A DNA stretch of 64,000 nt from Perkinsus chesapeaki ATCC PRA-425 (Eukaryota > Protista > Perkinsozoa). Both the position numbers and the translations under genes were made by a program. The notes beneath the pieces are model-generated. The model saw only the letters and a list, made by a program, of their open reading frames with translations. It did no database searches and had not been told where the DNA came from. The stretch's first letter is position 1; each line of letters starts with the position of its first letter. The DNA is taken from NCBI GenBank assembly GCA_013115145.1, contig JAAPAO010000132.1, positions 2,729 to 66,728 on the forward strand, read 5' to 3'. Of this stretch, positions 13,101 through 25,600 are shown in pieces.

Positions 13101-15182
13101 TACGCACGTTTTTTATTAATAAGGATTTTCGGTTTATAGAAGCAATGCAAGGTAGACTGCTTACCCCTAAAGCTCCGTTCTTGATAGCAGTCTTGGGGTC
13201 CTTTAGGAGGACCGTAGTAAGGGTAGAGAGGCAGAGGCTGAGAGAAGGGAAAGATAAGGAGGGGCTTTGTAATACGCCTATTCAGGAAGGCTTTTTAATA
13301 CGGAGAAGGTTAACTGACCTTACCTTCTCAGACCAACGTCAGTTGTTAAGCTGTCGGTTATAGCAACCATGGAGCGAATAGCACATACAGGTATCTAGTG
13401 GTATGGATGAAGAAGTCACTGCGCCACAAAATAGAGGAGTAGGACCTCCTGTCCATCAATTAGAGCAAGACTTATCCATCTTCTTATAAATTTGATGGCA
13501 GCTGTCCTTTCACATCGGTCATTGCTAACCTCCAGTCTGATACATACCAGTTCCATAACACGCAAAGGCTTCAAAACCTGACAAAAACAGCACTCGCAGC
13601 ACTTCTGCTGCCTTATACGACTGGCGAAGTAGCAGTAGTGGATATCGATGTATCCAGTAAAGCAGCCTTAACAGCAGCCTTCTTACAGGAAGCCGATCGT
13701 ACTAGCTCATATCAGTATGAAAGCTGAGGCCGGAAATGAATAACCTTACAGTAATTCTGCAACCCATAGACTACTCATAAAATATAGCATATTTCTATGT
13801 AACTATACAGGACTGCAGCAACAACAACCTTTCTAGAGATCGCCTAATTCTTATTGACCATTGATAGAGGCAGAATCGATCATCGATAGGAATGTGTGCC
13901 ATTACTACTGTATATGACCTCCCTTTAAATTCCCTATGCTTTAATGTTAACCATGTTACCGTGGATGAGACCACTACAATCTCTTCACTTAAGCAGTTGT
14001 AACGTTCCTTTCCCACTCACCACAGCTAACACTATACCAGGTGATAATGGTCTCATAATGTATCGCAGGGCTCTTAGGGCATAGACTCGGACTTGAAGGT
14101 TCCAATCAAACAGATAAAACCTCAATATAGAGGCTAAACGACCAAGGATGTGGTTGGTGTCTGATCATCGAAGCAGAAGAGCCCTCAACGATGGTGGACC
14201 CAATGCATGGTGATGAGAAAAGAAATGCTGCATGGCTTTCGAACCACGACCTTTCGAATGCCGCACGCGTCACCAAAAGATTCGCCCTCCTACTTGAAAA
14301 AAATTGTAAAGAAGCCTTCTATAATAGCTATGGTAACACTAAAGCAATGGGGCGAAGAAAACTCAATACGGAGGGATCGTTTTTTGAGCCAATCGAAGTA
14401 TTGTTACTTATCATAGCTGATGCAAGCCCTCTAAATGCGCCCTGTTGTGGGGTTAGACTAGGTAGCATTGGTGAACCCTTAGGCGAAGATGTCTTACTAA
14501 TAGATGGAGTGGATGACAGGACCTATAACAACAGCAGTGATGGCTGCTAGTGACCATGGGGGTGTATACTACTACTACTACCATAGTGGCTCGGCATATA
14601 AGGTCCATTTTCCTATTATTATCGCCAACCATCATAGCCCTCCTCTTAAGCTCTTTACATATGTTTTCTAACACTAATACCTGACACAACTATGGATGAG
14701 CTTATATGCATTGAAGAAAACCCCACCGACAACAGAAATGAAAGATCGGCTACATTGAAGCTAGGTAAGACTCGAGGGGAGTAGGCTACTAGAATTCCCG
14801 TGCCGGCCACATTTGTCATTGGGCGATATCCCTCTTGATCTGGTATTGAACACTTGCCCATTAATACCTTCTGTGGTTCTAGACTGCCCGAGGCTGATAG
14901 TCCAAGTGCCATTGATTCCTTCTTATCAACTGCTATATTATTGTCCAATACCAGACTTGATGGATCTGTTGCATATACTACCTCCCCATCTTAAACCCTA
15001 ATACTACTATTATCACCTCCAGTGAACACTTTGGCAGCGAACACCGTAGCCCTTCGACTGCTCCTGGCCGGGACCATGGCCTCGGAGTCCTGGCTAGAAG
15101 TTGGTGAGTTTACGGAAGGGCCGGCGGCTGTCTTGGACAGATCAGAAGTTGTCCTTGGCAATCGATGATCCGATGTAGACAT
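4200..15182 (-). CDS. RICTOR: RICTOR/Avo3 (TORC2 scaffold subunit), ~11 kb multi-exon gene
   Basis: Rictor-like blocks occur in the correct order: ERTAAIKFIRRW (~13500), LLLRILLTFGLSSAVSYLATMTDPENEPVAHQATSLI (~11200), LRDSKVLSTRDYSLWHWPTI...FLKKLLRFFSPSK (~10430-10257) and LSREYGAMIG|VLSSTREGVALLQKY (8733/8423). The last exon is ILRHLTALCNTVAYKESHKFL...HFPLATRRVIDNLF. These match human LRDSQVLQHKENLEWNW...FVRRLLYFYKPSS, YFLFIGTLSCHPHGVKMLEK and FRLPCRRFIQELF (recalled from memory). The start at 15182 is tentative. Confidence 0.85.
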
Positions 15183-15345
15183 GGCCTTCTGTTACCCCAC
15201 TAATGCTGACTTAATCCAGTCTCTTCCCTATTGAACTAGCAACGAAACTCATATTGCTGCGAACAAGGTAAGCATGTTGTTGTATTGCTAATAAAGCAAT
15301 AAGTAGTAAGCGATCCTATAGAATCGTCACTACACTGTGATATCA

Positions 15346-16181
15346 TCACAACACCAGTACGTCACGTCTTGCATGACATCGGCAGGTAGCCACGCTATAG
15401 GTAGCCGCCTTTGGCTCCCCTCCTCCGCCTTTAAACTTAACTCGATCCCAGAACATAAGCCCAGGAGTGATCGGCAATGCGGGGCTACTGGATGGGCACG
15501 TCGTCGGCTTATAAGATCTGGTCGACTCGGAATCCACCAAATGCGGTATCTTAATGTAAGCGAGCCACATTATGAACCCAAGAACGAATGTGATGGTTAC
15601 GGTATAAACGAAATACAATATAGTGAGCCTGAAGAGAAGATACGCTTATCGATGGTGCAGCTAAAGATATTACTTGGTCGATGTTGGCCTCATACGCCAT
15701 TTGGTAGGTGGGGCGAACCCTAGCGGAAGCCCTCCGCTGTGGGCAAAAACAACAACCCGTGGATTTTCGATAATACGGTGATTCGGTGGTGACACGCCAA
15801 TAGCAGCTAGTCCTGGCCTTCCGATTACAGAACTGCAACTTAAATTCATTTTCATACCGATTTCTCCGCTATTACCTCATAAATGCACCCCCATAGTCTC
15901 GTGACCCTTGCTCTCCCCGAAGCATTTCGCGGGTTTCGGTCTCCATTTCCGCAGTATCCTGCTGCTGCTGTTGTTGATTCTTATCAGGCCCCCTAGTAGG
16001 AGCCAAGAAGCTTTCCGGTGCAATTATATTTTGCCGCGCATGACGCTCTCGCCTCTGTGAATGGAAATAATGAGATTGTGTCCCCTCCTTATAGTACCTT
16101 TCCAAGATGATGACTACTCCCCTCCCCCAGCAGGGCTATAGACGTTAATATGAAGCATAAAGCAATAAGGCGAGTTGCCAT
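15346..16181 (-). CDS. Hypothetical membrane protein (signal peptide plus one TM helix), 4 exons
   Basis: Three GT-AG introns give a phase-consistent protein: MATRLIALCFILTSIALLGEGS (signal peptide), then RRERHARQ...QQQQQQ..., then KLTILYFVYTVTITFVLGFIMWLAYIKIP (TM), ending ...DVLVL*. Confidence 0.7.
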
Positions 16182-16365
16182 TATATCAAGGCCACTAGTA
16201 ATAACATGCCACCGATCGTACTATTGATTTTTCAATATTGGGCGAGCGCTACTATTTAGTTTTATGGCGCGTGACGTTTAAATGATTCGTTCACGCATGT
16301 GAGCGTTGTGGTAGCGCGGCCAGAGATAAAATAATGTAACCAGTTTCAGTACCTGTTCCTCCTGT

Positions 16366-18737
16366 ATGTCATCTTCTGTCGAGTCTGCTGCTGCTATCCT
16401 CCCAAAAAGAGAGGGTCCAGACTCGGCCACCACACCTGAAGACGCTCTCGAATGGGAGGACTGGAAGGGTGATATACCATTTATTCATCATGCCATTGCT
16501 GGCTCATGTGCCGGTATAGCCGAGCATGTTGCTACATTCCCACTGGACACTATAAAGGTAGTAGCAGCCCCCACCATAACAACCCCTCATCAGCTCCATG
16601 TTAGACGCGTATGCAAGCCTACTCCGGTGCGAATGGCGGCACTGTTCGCCTATCAACCGTTCTAGAGTCTGTTAAATCGGAGTACGGCCTTAAAGGCTTT
16701 GTCCGTGGCTGGGGGGCCATAGCAACTGGATGCGTTCCTGCACATATTGCTTTATTTTCAGTTTATGAGAAGCTCAAGGACTTGTAATAATTCATATTAA
16801 AGTGAGGTGATGCAGCCATAACTTCAGAGCTGGTGTTCAAAACGAGCACTGCGCGTATCGCGTACCAAAGTCCCTCCTTTGTGGAGCTCTGGCCCAATTC
16901 GCCCATGACAGGTTGGTGCCGAATCTTAGCTTGAAGCATGCACCTAGCTCATTAGTATTTTAACCCCTATGGATGTCGTCAAGCAGAGGCTACAACTAGG
17001 ATGTTATCGAGGGACATTCCACTGCATCAAAAGCATGGTACTAATGGTCGGGCATCGCACACAATTCTGTCTCCCGGTGTGGGGGTATACATCACCCTCA
17101 ATCCCGGTGATAGGTGTGTGCTATCAGCTGACTACCGCGCATGGAAGTTGCCCAAGCACTCGATAAGAAATACTTTTCCACCTTACCACCTACATTTCTA
17201 TAGATCATCATCATCGTCCGTTGGTGCCATGAGCAGTGCTCTCCATGATATACCGCTCGCTCCGTTTCCTTGTTCGCATTCCTGCTTTATAGCGATTGCT
17301 CCGCTTTATCGTTTTTAATAAAGGTCAGATTATTGAGAATATAGTATTAATAATATAAACTCTTTAAGGTCGAGTAGTGTTAGTTTCTCATAATGCTTAG
17401 GTCCGTACTGAAGGTGCTGTATCTCTATTCCGCTCCCTTCCTGTAACTGCCCTCATGAATGCACCTCAAGGAGCAGTCACTGTACGCTATAACATCTGCG
17501 CTCTACATAACACTACTTTCAGGTAGCTGTTAATGAAGCCATTAAGCGTGTCTGGGGCCTTGGCGAGGGTAAGGGTAACCATCTTCCTGCGTACTTTGCC
17601 TCGGCTGGCATAGCAGGTAGTAATGGTGGCTACATCGATCTGGTCTGGGTTGCATTCCAACTCCCCAGGACAGCGGTTTCTGGTGGAGGGAAGGACGGTT
17701 GTTGGTAAATTTCATCCATTAATAAACCAGTAGCGCCTTTCGGTATTGATCTGGCTTCGATTTTTACCGAAAAATTTAAATTAACGTAGAATTTGACCGA
17801 TCGACCATCGGATTGCCACTTGATGAGGTCAGCCAACAACCCATCGTAGCCGCCCCCATGTGTCCATTCATTATCAGGAGGGATAGCATCACTGACAACC
17901 CAGCCATTGGACGTTATTAAAACTCGTTTACAAACACAGGATTGTCTTTGTCGGAAGGATCAGACCAAGATGCGCCCCAAGGTATCACTATAGGCTCTCA
18001 CTTTTCACCGGAGGGTGACTTCCACAGGTATGTCCTCGAAAACTGGCTGCTCTCCAGGCTAGAGGGATCGTCTCGGCGACTGGAGAGCTTTTGGTTAATC
18101 CTGCTGAGGTAGCTCTCCCTCAATAATTGTTGCGGAGATCACTCATCAGATACCGGAGGCTACAATGGTGAAGCTCAGAGCTCGAGGCATTGATGTTGCC
18201 AATTTAAAATCCAGTATAAGACCTGCGTCTCAGGTCATAACAGAGACCATAGAACTACTAGAGGGGGACTGCTTCATATTTCTCGCTCGAAATCCCTATC
18301 GTCCACATGACTGCCTTCTCTAGATCTAATTAGTAAAAGGCAATGACAAATTAACTCTTAGTTAATAGCTCTTAGCTATATTAATCTGTTCTGAGCTGTA
18401 TTAACTTGGTATTAACTTGGTGTAGTAACACTCTCTCCCCCACGAGGAGCAGCTCCCCTAAGGTTGCATGGATGCCCACATCTTATCCAATCTCCCCTCA
18501 TCTTAGGCCTCTACAGCTCCTCGATATAGCTCTGTGATGTCCGCTGCCAAACTAATATGGATGGAGGAAGGCTTTAGAGGATTCTTCCGGGTACTAGCTC
18601 ATCGTCACTGCGCCACATAATTCCTTTAGGGTATGGTTCCTCGTTTTTGCCTATCGATACCGGCAACTGCCACCTGTTGGGGCAGCTATGAGACCGTTAA
18701 GGCGTTACTAGCCCGGTGGCAGGATCTGCATCACTGA
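16366..18737 (+). CDS. Mitochondrial carrier (SLC25), mitoferrin/MRS3-4-like iron carrier
   Basis: LEWEDW...HAIAGSCAGIAEHVATFPLDTIK, PMDVVKQRLQ, FRSLPVTALMNAP, QPLDVIKTRLQTQ and PATATCWGSYETVK; stop at 18735-18737. Confidence 0.88.
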
Positions 18738-19037
18738 TTACCACTAATTTACATAGAGGCATATCTTAGCCTTGTTTTGTATTATATAACCGTTTCACAC
18801 TTACCATCACTGAGCTAGAATCCTGTACATTGCCAAAATGACAAACTATTTCCAACACCATCCGCCTAGTGTTTATCACTGCTGCTTTCTGCGACGTGAC
18901 GTTTCCGGGCCCTTCACGAGAACAGATGAGTAGGCCTTGGACCCAGCGGCACTATTGGGATGAGCGCAACAGCATGATTGCCAAAACGGGTTGAAACATG
19001 TCTTTAAAAATTGCTAGTCCTTCTGCTGCTGCTGCTG

Positions 19038-20350
19038 TTACATCTTACTATTACGGAAGCCCTGTACTTCCAAAGCCTCGGCTAATGACCCTACACAGGC
19101 CTGGACTATCTCCTTACGAGAATTATACCCCATCAGGCCGATCCTCCATACCTTGCCGGCTAGCTCCCCCAATGCAAGGCCAATTTCAATGTTGAATTTT
19201 TCTCTCATATAGACGACAACAGCCTTACCATCAACACCTGGTGGGACCACGACCGTAGTCAGACTCGGTAGTCTGACGTCAGCGTCTTCGATCATCACTT
19301 CGAGACCGATCTTCTTGAGCTCAGCAACGAGGTAGTCAGCATTGGACTTGTGACGCGCCCATACGTTCTCGAGACCCTCCTCGGCGACTAGCTGCAGGGC
19401 CACTCTCATAGCGTAGATCATCGATATCGGGGCGGTATGGTGATACACTCGTGGAGCACCACCAGAACTTTGGATGTATTTGCGTATCATGGTCATGTCT
19501 AAATACCAATTAGGAACCTGAATGAGGTCATCTTGAATGTTGCCTGCGAAGGTATCTTACAGGGGTCTTTCTAGCAGCAAGCTTAGCCAAGGCACGTTCA
19601 CCGAAGGTAAGGGGTGCTACACCAGGTGGGCATCCCATACACTTCTGGGTCCCAGCATAGGCAGCATCAACAAGCCAGTCATCAATGTAGACAGGGACAC
19701 CACAAATGGAGGTGACGGTGTCGAGTAGGAGGAGGCAATCGTACTCCCTGCAAAGTTTGCCGACACCTTCCATTGGTTGTTTGGTGCCGGTAGAGGTCTC
19801 AGCATGACATATCCACATTAGCTTTGGTCTATGTTCTTCTAGACCAGCACGTATCTCATCCAGAGTAAAAACTGTGCCATAGGGCTTTCTGATGTGTTGC
19901 ACGTTGGCACCGTAGCGACTGTGCATGTCGAGAGCGCGTTCACCAAAGTAGCCGTTAACGCAGATGAGATGGGTATCGCCGACCTCGGTAAGATTGGCGA
20001 TCGCAGCCTCCCACGCGGCGCTACCAGTACCTTGCTGACAAGTGCGAGGCAGTAGGAGAGAGGGTCTTACCAGATACGGGGATGGTGAAAGTGTTATTGG
20101 TTTGCCATACATAACGGAGAAGCTTTTTCAAATCCTCAACAATAGCCAAGAAATCAACGTCCATATGGCCGACCTGACAGTGTCGAAGCATGACCACTTT
20201 TAAAAGGATGATTCAACTCACTTGTGGCAAAGACATTGCTGCATGCACCTCAGGGTGGGCGTTCTGAGGGCCGGGGCCTAGAAGGAGCCTCGTGGGACCC
20301 TTGAAAGGTTTAACTTCACCAGTTAAAAAAGGATTATTGATACCCACCAT
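19038..20350 (-). CDS. AGXT: Alanine-glyoxylate / serine-pyruvate aminotransferase (class V PLP enzyme)
   Basis: LLLGPGPQNAHP, VSG|TGSAAWEAA, HAETSTG, LLDTVTS, YAGTQKCMGCPPG (PLP lysine), YHHTAPI and WRIGLMG; C-terminus RNSKM*. Confidence 0.95.
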
Positions 20351-20548
20351 TACGGCCGAATGAGGGGTAACAGCTGTTCTGTGGCAGGACTCAAATCGGC
20401 GTGGGGCTGGGCGAGCGCTAATGCTATAGCGCAACTTCCGTTACGGGAGGTTTCTCAAAGATACCTGGCTAGATGGCGCTGCTTGAGACACTATGTAAAT
20501 TGCCCATTGTATTATGTATTTGCTAGACCTTATATTGCTCATCCTGCT

Positions 20549-22483
20549 ATGTCAATGCTAGACTCCGTTCCCGTAGCCCCTGGCCCTATGCATGCTAAGG
20601 AACTTGATCATCAAACCTCCACTTTCAGATGCATATCTGAGGTGCATCCAGGGTAAGTCCACATTAGGTGAATCGAAGTGTATTGATGTGGTTTATCAGA
20701 CACAGTGGCTCCAGTCTGGAATGGAGTCATGTCACCTTTAAGATTGGAGACAAGACCATTCTCAACGACTGCACCGGATTCCTTAGACCCGGTGAGCTTA
20801 CAGCCGTCCTTGGACCCTCGGGCTCCGGCAAGTCTACTTTGATGAACATCCTTGGTGGACGCCAACGCACAAAGGGACGAGGCAAATCGTTCGATGGAGC
20901 CGTCTCCTTCTGCGGCCAAGTTGACGAGCCCGTTAAGTTCCGCAGCAGAATTGCGTATGTTATGCAAGATGACGCTCTCATCGCGACTAGCACTCCCCGA
21001 GAAATCTTGGAGTTCTCCGCCAAGCTGCGACTTGGTGCAAAGCAAAATATTGCCAGATCTGAGGTAGCGACGTAGTCGCATTGCCAAAGCATGTTGTTGT
21101 CAGATGAAAGCTCTCGTTAAAGATCTCATCGACTCCCTACGTCTGACATCTTGCTCCGAGACTCTAATCGGTAACGAGCTCATCAAAGGTGTGTCCGGCG
21201 GTGAGAGGAAACGCACGTCGGTGGGAGTGGAACTCATCACCAAGCCTGATATGATATTCCTCGACGAGCCCCTCTCTGGCCTGGATTCCTATGCTGCCTT
21301 CACCACGGTCACTGTACTCAAAGAGCTTGCTGAGACCGGTGTGCCTGTTATGATAACGGTGCATCAACCATCCAGTGAGATATATCAGTTATTTGATAAC
21401 GTAATGATACTTTCCGCTGGTGAAGTGGTCTATTATGGTAAAACTGGCAGAGTTCCTGAGTTTTTCGAGAGGCATGCCGGATTGACCTGCCCGTCCAACT
21501 TCAACCCGGCTGACTTTGTGCTCTTTGCGCTGCAGACCGAGCCTCGCGATGTTATCGACAGACTGGTATTGGCGTATAAGAAGAGCTCTGAGAGGGACAT
21601 CATGCCTTCTATAGATGCCGTTAGAAAAACTCACAAGGAGCTCGTGATGGAGAAGAAAGCACCTGGTCGGGCTAGCTTGGTGGCCCAATTCCGTGAACTA
21701 CTGTATCGGGAAATACAAAGTACCCTGAGGAATCCTGTTGTACTGGTTATGCGGTACATGATCCTCTTAGTCCTTGGTCTTGTCTTTGGGCTTATCTTCT
21801 TTGATGTTGGTCAAAAGCAAGACCAGACCTTCTGGCTGAGTAACGCCGCTGAATTCCAAAGCTACTTTGGTGCCGTTGTTGCACTTAACATTATGGCTAT
21901 GATGGGCTCAGCTCAAACTACTGTGTTGGCGTTCCCAGCTCAGCGTGGTATCTTCTTGCGCGAATATGCCGCTAATATGTATTCAGCAGTTCCCTACGTT
22001 ATATCCAAGACCATTGTCGAACTGCCACTAGCATTTATGGACTCTCTTTTCCTCATGATTATTACCTACTGGTTGATGAATCTTCAAGGTAACTTCATGC
22101 TCTGGGTCCTCACATTATGGTTGATAAACCTATGTGCAGCATCTCTCGCACAAGTACTTGGTGCGGCCTGTAATTCGGCAGCTCAGGCCATTCAAGTTCT
22201 TCCACTACTGACAGTGCCGCAGATTCTGTTCGGTGGCATTTTTACACCGGTTGATAATATTCCTGTCTGGCTCCGTTGGTTGCAATATGTATGCTTCCTG
22301 AAGTACGGAGTTAACATAACCTATCTCATTGAATTTGGTGATGACTTCGATGTTATCAATGATCAGCAAAATGTTGATCCTGATCTACTGGGCCTTTATA
22401 TTGGCGTCACATTTGCTATTTTAATTGTTATGAGAATGACTTCTATAATTATCCTTGAAAGAAAAGCTAAATTTGTATTTTAA
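20549..22483 (+). CDS. ABCG (White-family) half transporter, NBD-TMD order, 3 exons
   Basis: Walker A GPSGSGKST, AYVMQDD, signature VSGGERKR, Walker B IFLDEPLSGLD and VHQPSS, followed by an ABC2-type membrane domain. Confidence 0.95.
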
Positions 22484-23148
22484 ATTTAAGTATTTCTAAC
22501 ACTGCATTACGTATGAGGTAGGCCTCCAGGAGGCCGCCGCCGCCGTCATGTGTAGTTGATCTGATGGAGTGAGCAAAACTCCTATCTTAATGTGGTGCGC
22601 GATGATGACAATATTCACTGTTGTGTTGCAAAGTATCTACCTATGATAATATCAATCATTGGCTGTATGGTATTGGCGCCGAGCATCACTGCGATTGCAA
22701 CTACGTCTTCCACCGCGTATAGATACTTTTACATCAGTACGTTTGTTTATCGTATACCCTCAATTTGTATAACGGCTCATGAAGTCCTAACTGTTTGTCC
22801 GCGAACTAGCTTAACAATGGGAGAGGGAGCTCGAAGCACGGAACTGAACAGCGAGGAAGATTTGATACGACCTGGTCATATCAAATTTGGGAGATTGTTC
22901 TTTCTATAAAATGAGAATCCAGAATACGGCTTCCCTTGGATTTGATACTCTACCAGATATGCTACTACGTTAATCAATAGAAATGAAGGGGCATATAGCA
23001 TGTTTGCAAGTGACGGGATGGTTCAGAACTAAGAACTGTATTAACACAACAGTCCCCATTTCACATAAACATCAGTAAAATACATAAATCCGCACCGAGT
23101 AAGGTAATTATCGTAGTCAATTATAAGCGAAGGGAATAGTTGGTGAAA

Positions 23149-25600
23149 TCATCGCACCATACTATGGGGCAAAGCGTATTGTAGGATGGGTTCTGGTGGC
23201 ATGGGCACAAGACGGTGTTGGTCCACAAGTCCTTCATACACTCCACACATTATAGCCAATAACCTCTCGCTGTGAAGGTGAGTGTGACGGGGTTGTTCCT
23301 CATCGATGCTCGCAAGTATAGCCTCCAACGCCTCAGAGCACTTAGCGTCCGAGTCGGTGAATGAGGAAGCTATGCGTTTCTCATACACAGGGTCAGTTAC
23401 ATCATTAGTCATATATTCAATACCTCTCATCTTCAAACCCGTGAGCTTCGCATCTGGAGCATGAGGATCGGATGATCTACATAAAAGCATACGCGCAGCT
23501 GGAAATGGAGCTTGGCAGGACTACACGTTGAACTCCGTATGGTTCCGGCACTCCAGCCTCCTTGTTCTTAAGAACCCTCGGAAGGAATGGAATCTCCACT
23601 TCACTGGGTTAGCGACGAGGCACACGCTTCCGCCTACCGATTTAAGGATCGGGGATCCCTGTAGAGAGACAACTACTTGCAAACAGCTTTTCTAGGAAGT
23701 TGCTAACCTACTGGTCTCAAAACCGAGCAACGGGCAATTGCGATCATCGAAAATATGAAGGCCGGAATTACTATCATGATGCTGAAATAGTGAAACTGCC
23801 GGGTATGAAGGAATGGAGTTCGGATGGACCGCGCCGCTAACAGTGATATGCCAGCGGGGCGTAGTCACGAGACAGGAAGCGCGCTCTAACTTGAACAGGT
23901 CCGCAGTTGCAGTCTCAGGGCTCCTTGCGATCCAACTGTCATACTATGCTATTATATGACTCGTTCTGGCTTAACTGTTATACCATGTTGAATGTACCCA
24001 TGAAGTTAACTGTTAGACCTTCAAGGTTCGACGCCCGTACGTTAAAACATTTATCATATAAAATTGGTGTCCTATTCCCGCACTGTTGTGAGAAACACAT
24101 CACCATTTCTTCTACGCATGAACAACGGCTTAACACCCGAATACACACATTACACCACATACACCGGTTGAGTTATCGATGGACATCACGTGGTGTCAAG
24201 TGATGGGGGTTTGGTAGTGGTTGGACGGGTCTCAAACGGTACTGTGCTGGAAGCTGCCTGTATATCCTACAAATGTCAGTCAACAATCCCTCAACGTTGA
24301 GCCCTTGGCCCGGGGCGCGCCCTCCGATCCTCTCGCGTATTGTCCTCGCAGCATGGAAGCATTCGAGATCCGAGCTGGTGGGTTGGTCGGTTATATCCAT
24401 ATCATACAACGGGTCGGGAATATCATCATCATCTGGCATATAATCAGTACCATTCACCTTTATGCTTATCAGTCTCGCCTTCCAGTCCGGTGGATCCGAG
24501 GCTCTGTATAAAAAGGGGTGATACCGTTCGCAGGTGTAGAGGTTGGTAGGCTTACGATTGGAATTCCGAGCCATTCGGGCACTCCAGTATGAGACTTCTT
24601 AATCTCCCTCTAAAGGACTCAAACGACCATCTTAAGCCATGGCCTTCGATAATGCATCCACCTCCGTGGCTGCGTGCACGGATAAGGAATCGCTAACGAG
24701 AAACAAAGCATGGGCAACATATAAGATTATCAGCTTACCGGCCTCGGGGGCCCACCCGACAATGCAATGGTGAGTATAGGAAATGTGAAGTCTAGGAGTG
24801 TTCTCATAAGAAAGTTTGGGGTTCACGTTAGTTAACTGTACAACGAACTTTCAGGAGCGGCACGATTTGCCGGGTAAATGATTCCTCACCTATACCCTTC
24901 AACGCATCATCTCATTAACAACACCACTACCAATTAATATTAATAACATCAACAGCGTAAAGCATGCTCACTCGCGGACGGAGTACTCAACTTCCTGACA
25001 TACTTGGTTTGCTTGAGAGGCTATAGTGCCGCACATCTCATCGCGAGTACCGTGGTGAACTCGTGGAAGGTTTGGAATATGAATTCACCATGCTCCCCCG
25101 TGAGGCACATTCGAGCCCTAACAGCGATGCCCAAACAGTGAGCATTAGTTTGCGGCAGGGATGCACGTAGTCCCCTTTCTAGGAGAGGATCTCTCGAATG
25201 CCTCATAGGCTCTGATGTCACCATTTCGGCTACGGACCCGACTCTTTCTCAACTTGATGATTACCATCCTTGACCCTGAAATGAGCTCAATGAAAATGAG
25301 CACTCGGAGGCTAGCGATTACAAACCTACAAGTCAAAGAAAACCCCGCCATCAACAGCACCAGCGCAATCTAACATCAACTGTGAATGCCCATAAGAAAT
25401 CTGTGCTTAGAGTGTGTCATTGAACCATATACTGTATTGTCCCTAGAGAAGTAGTCCATCACAGTTAAACCCCTGCAACGGCCGGCTTACCCCTCTCCCA
25501 TCCAGGGTAACTCCCGGAGAGGCACCCGACATAAATGTCGGACCCTGATTGTCATCAGGCATCATTTCGAAGTCCTCTACCTCGTTTGAGGCCCCCCATG
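23149..25600 (-). CDS. Multi-exon hypothetical protein; boundaries uncertain, may be more than one gene
   Basis: Several exon-like frames are flanked by GT/AG, including EDFEMMPDDNQG...DGER|gtaag, ASDPPDWKARLISIK...TIRERIGG, DPRSLNR|EVEIPFLPRVLKNKEAGVPEPYG and SDPHAPDAKLTG.... No family recognised. Confidence 0.45.

Noticed and set aside
15401-15420. GTAGCCGCCTTTGGCTC resembles the dinoflagellate/Perkinsus spliced leader (CCGTAGCCATYTTGGCTCAAG)
   Set aside because: It has several mismatches, lacks the AAG/GT end and an Sm site, and is the antisense strand of a coding exon (EPKAATY).
22592-22909. 105-aa + strand ORF downstream of ABCG
   Set aside because: GTG start, no motifs and no consistent splice model; probably UTR or intergenic.
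23530-24640. Apparent internal repeat (WSFESFRG..GVPE vs WRFHSFRG..GVPE) implying a frameshifted paralogue
   Set aside because: An intron with a CTAAC branch point upstream puts the second copy in a different continuous frame (EVEIPFLPRVLKNKEAGVPE), so no frameshift is needed.
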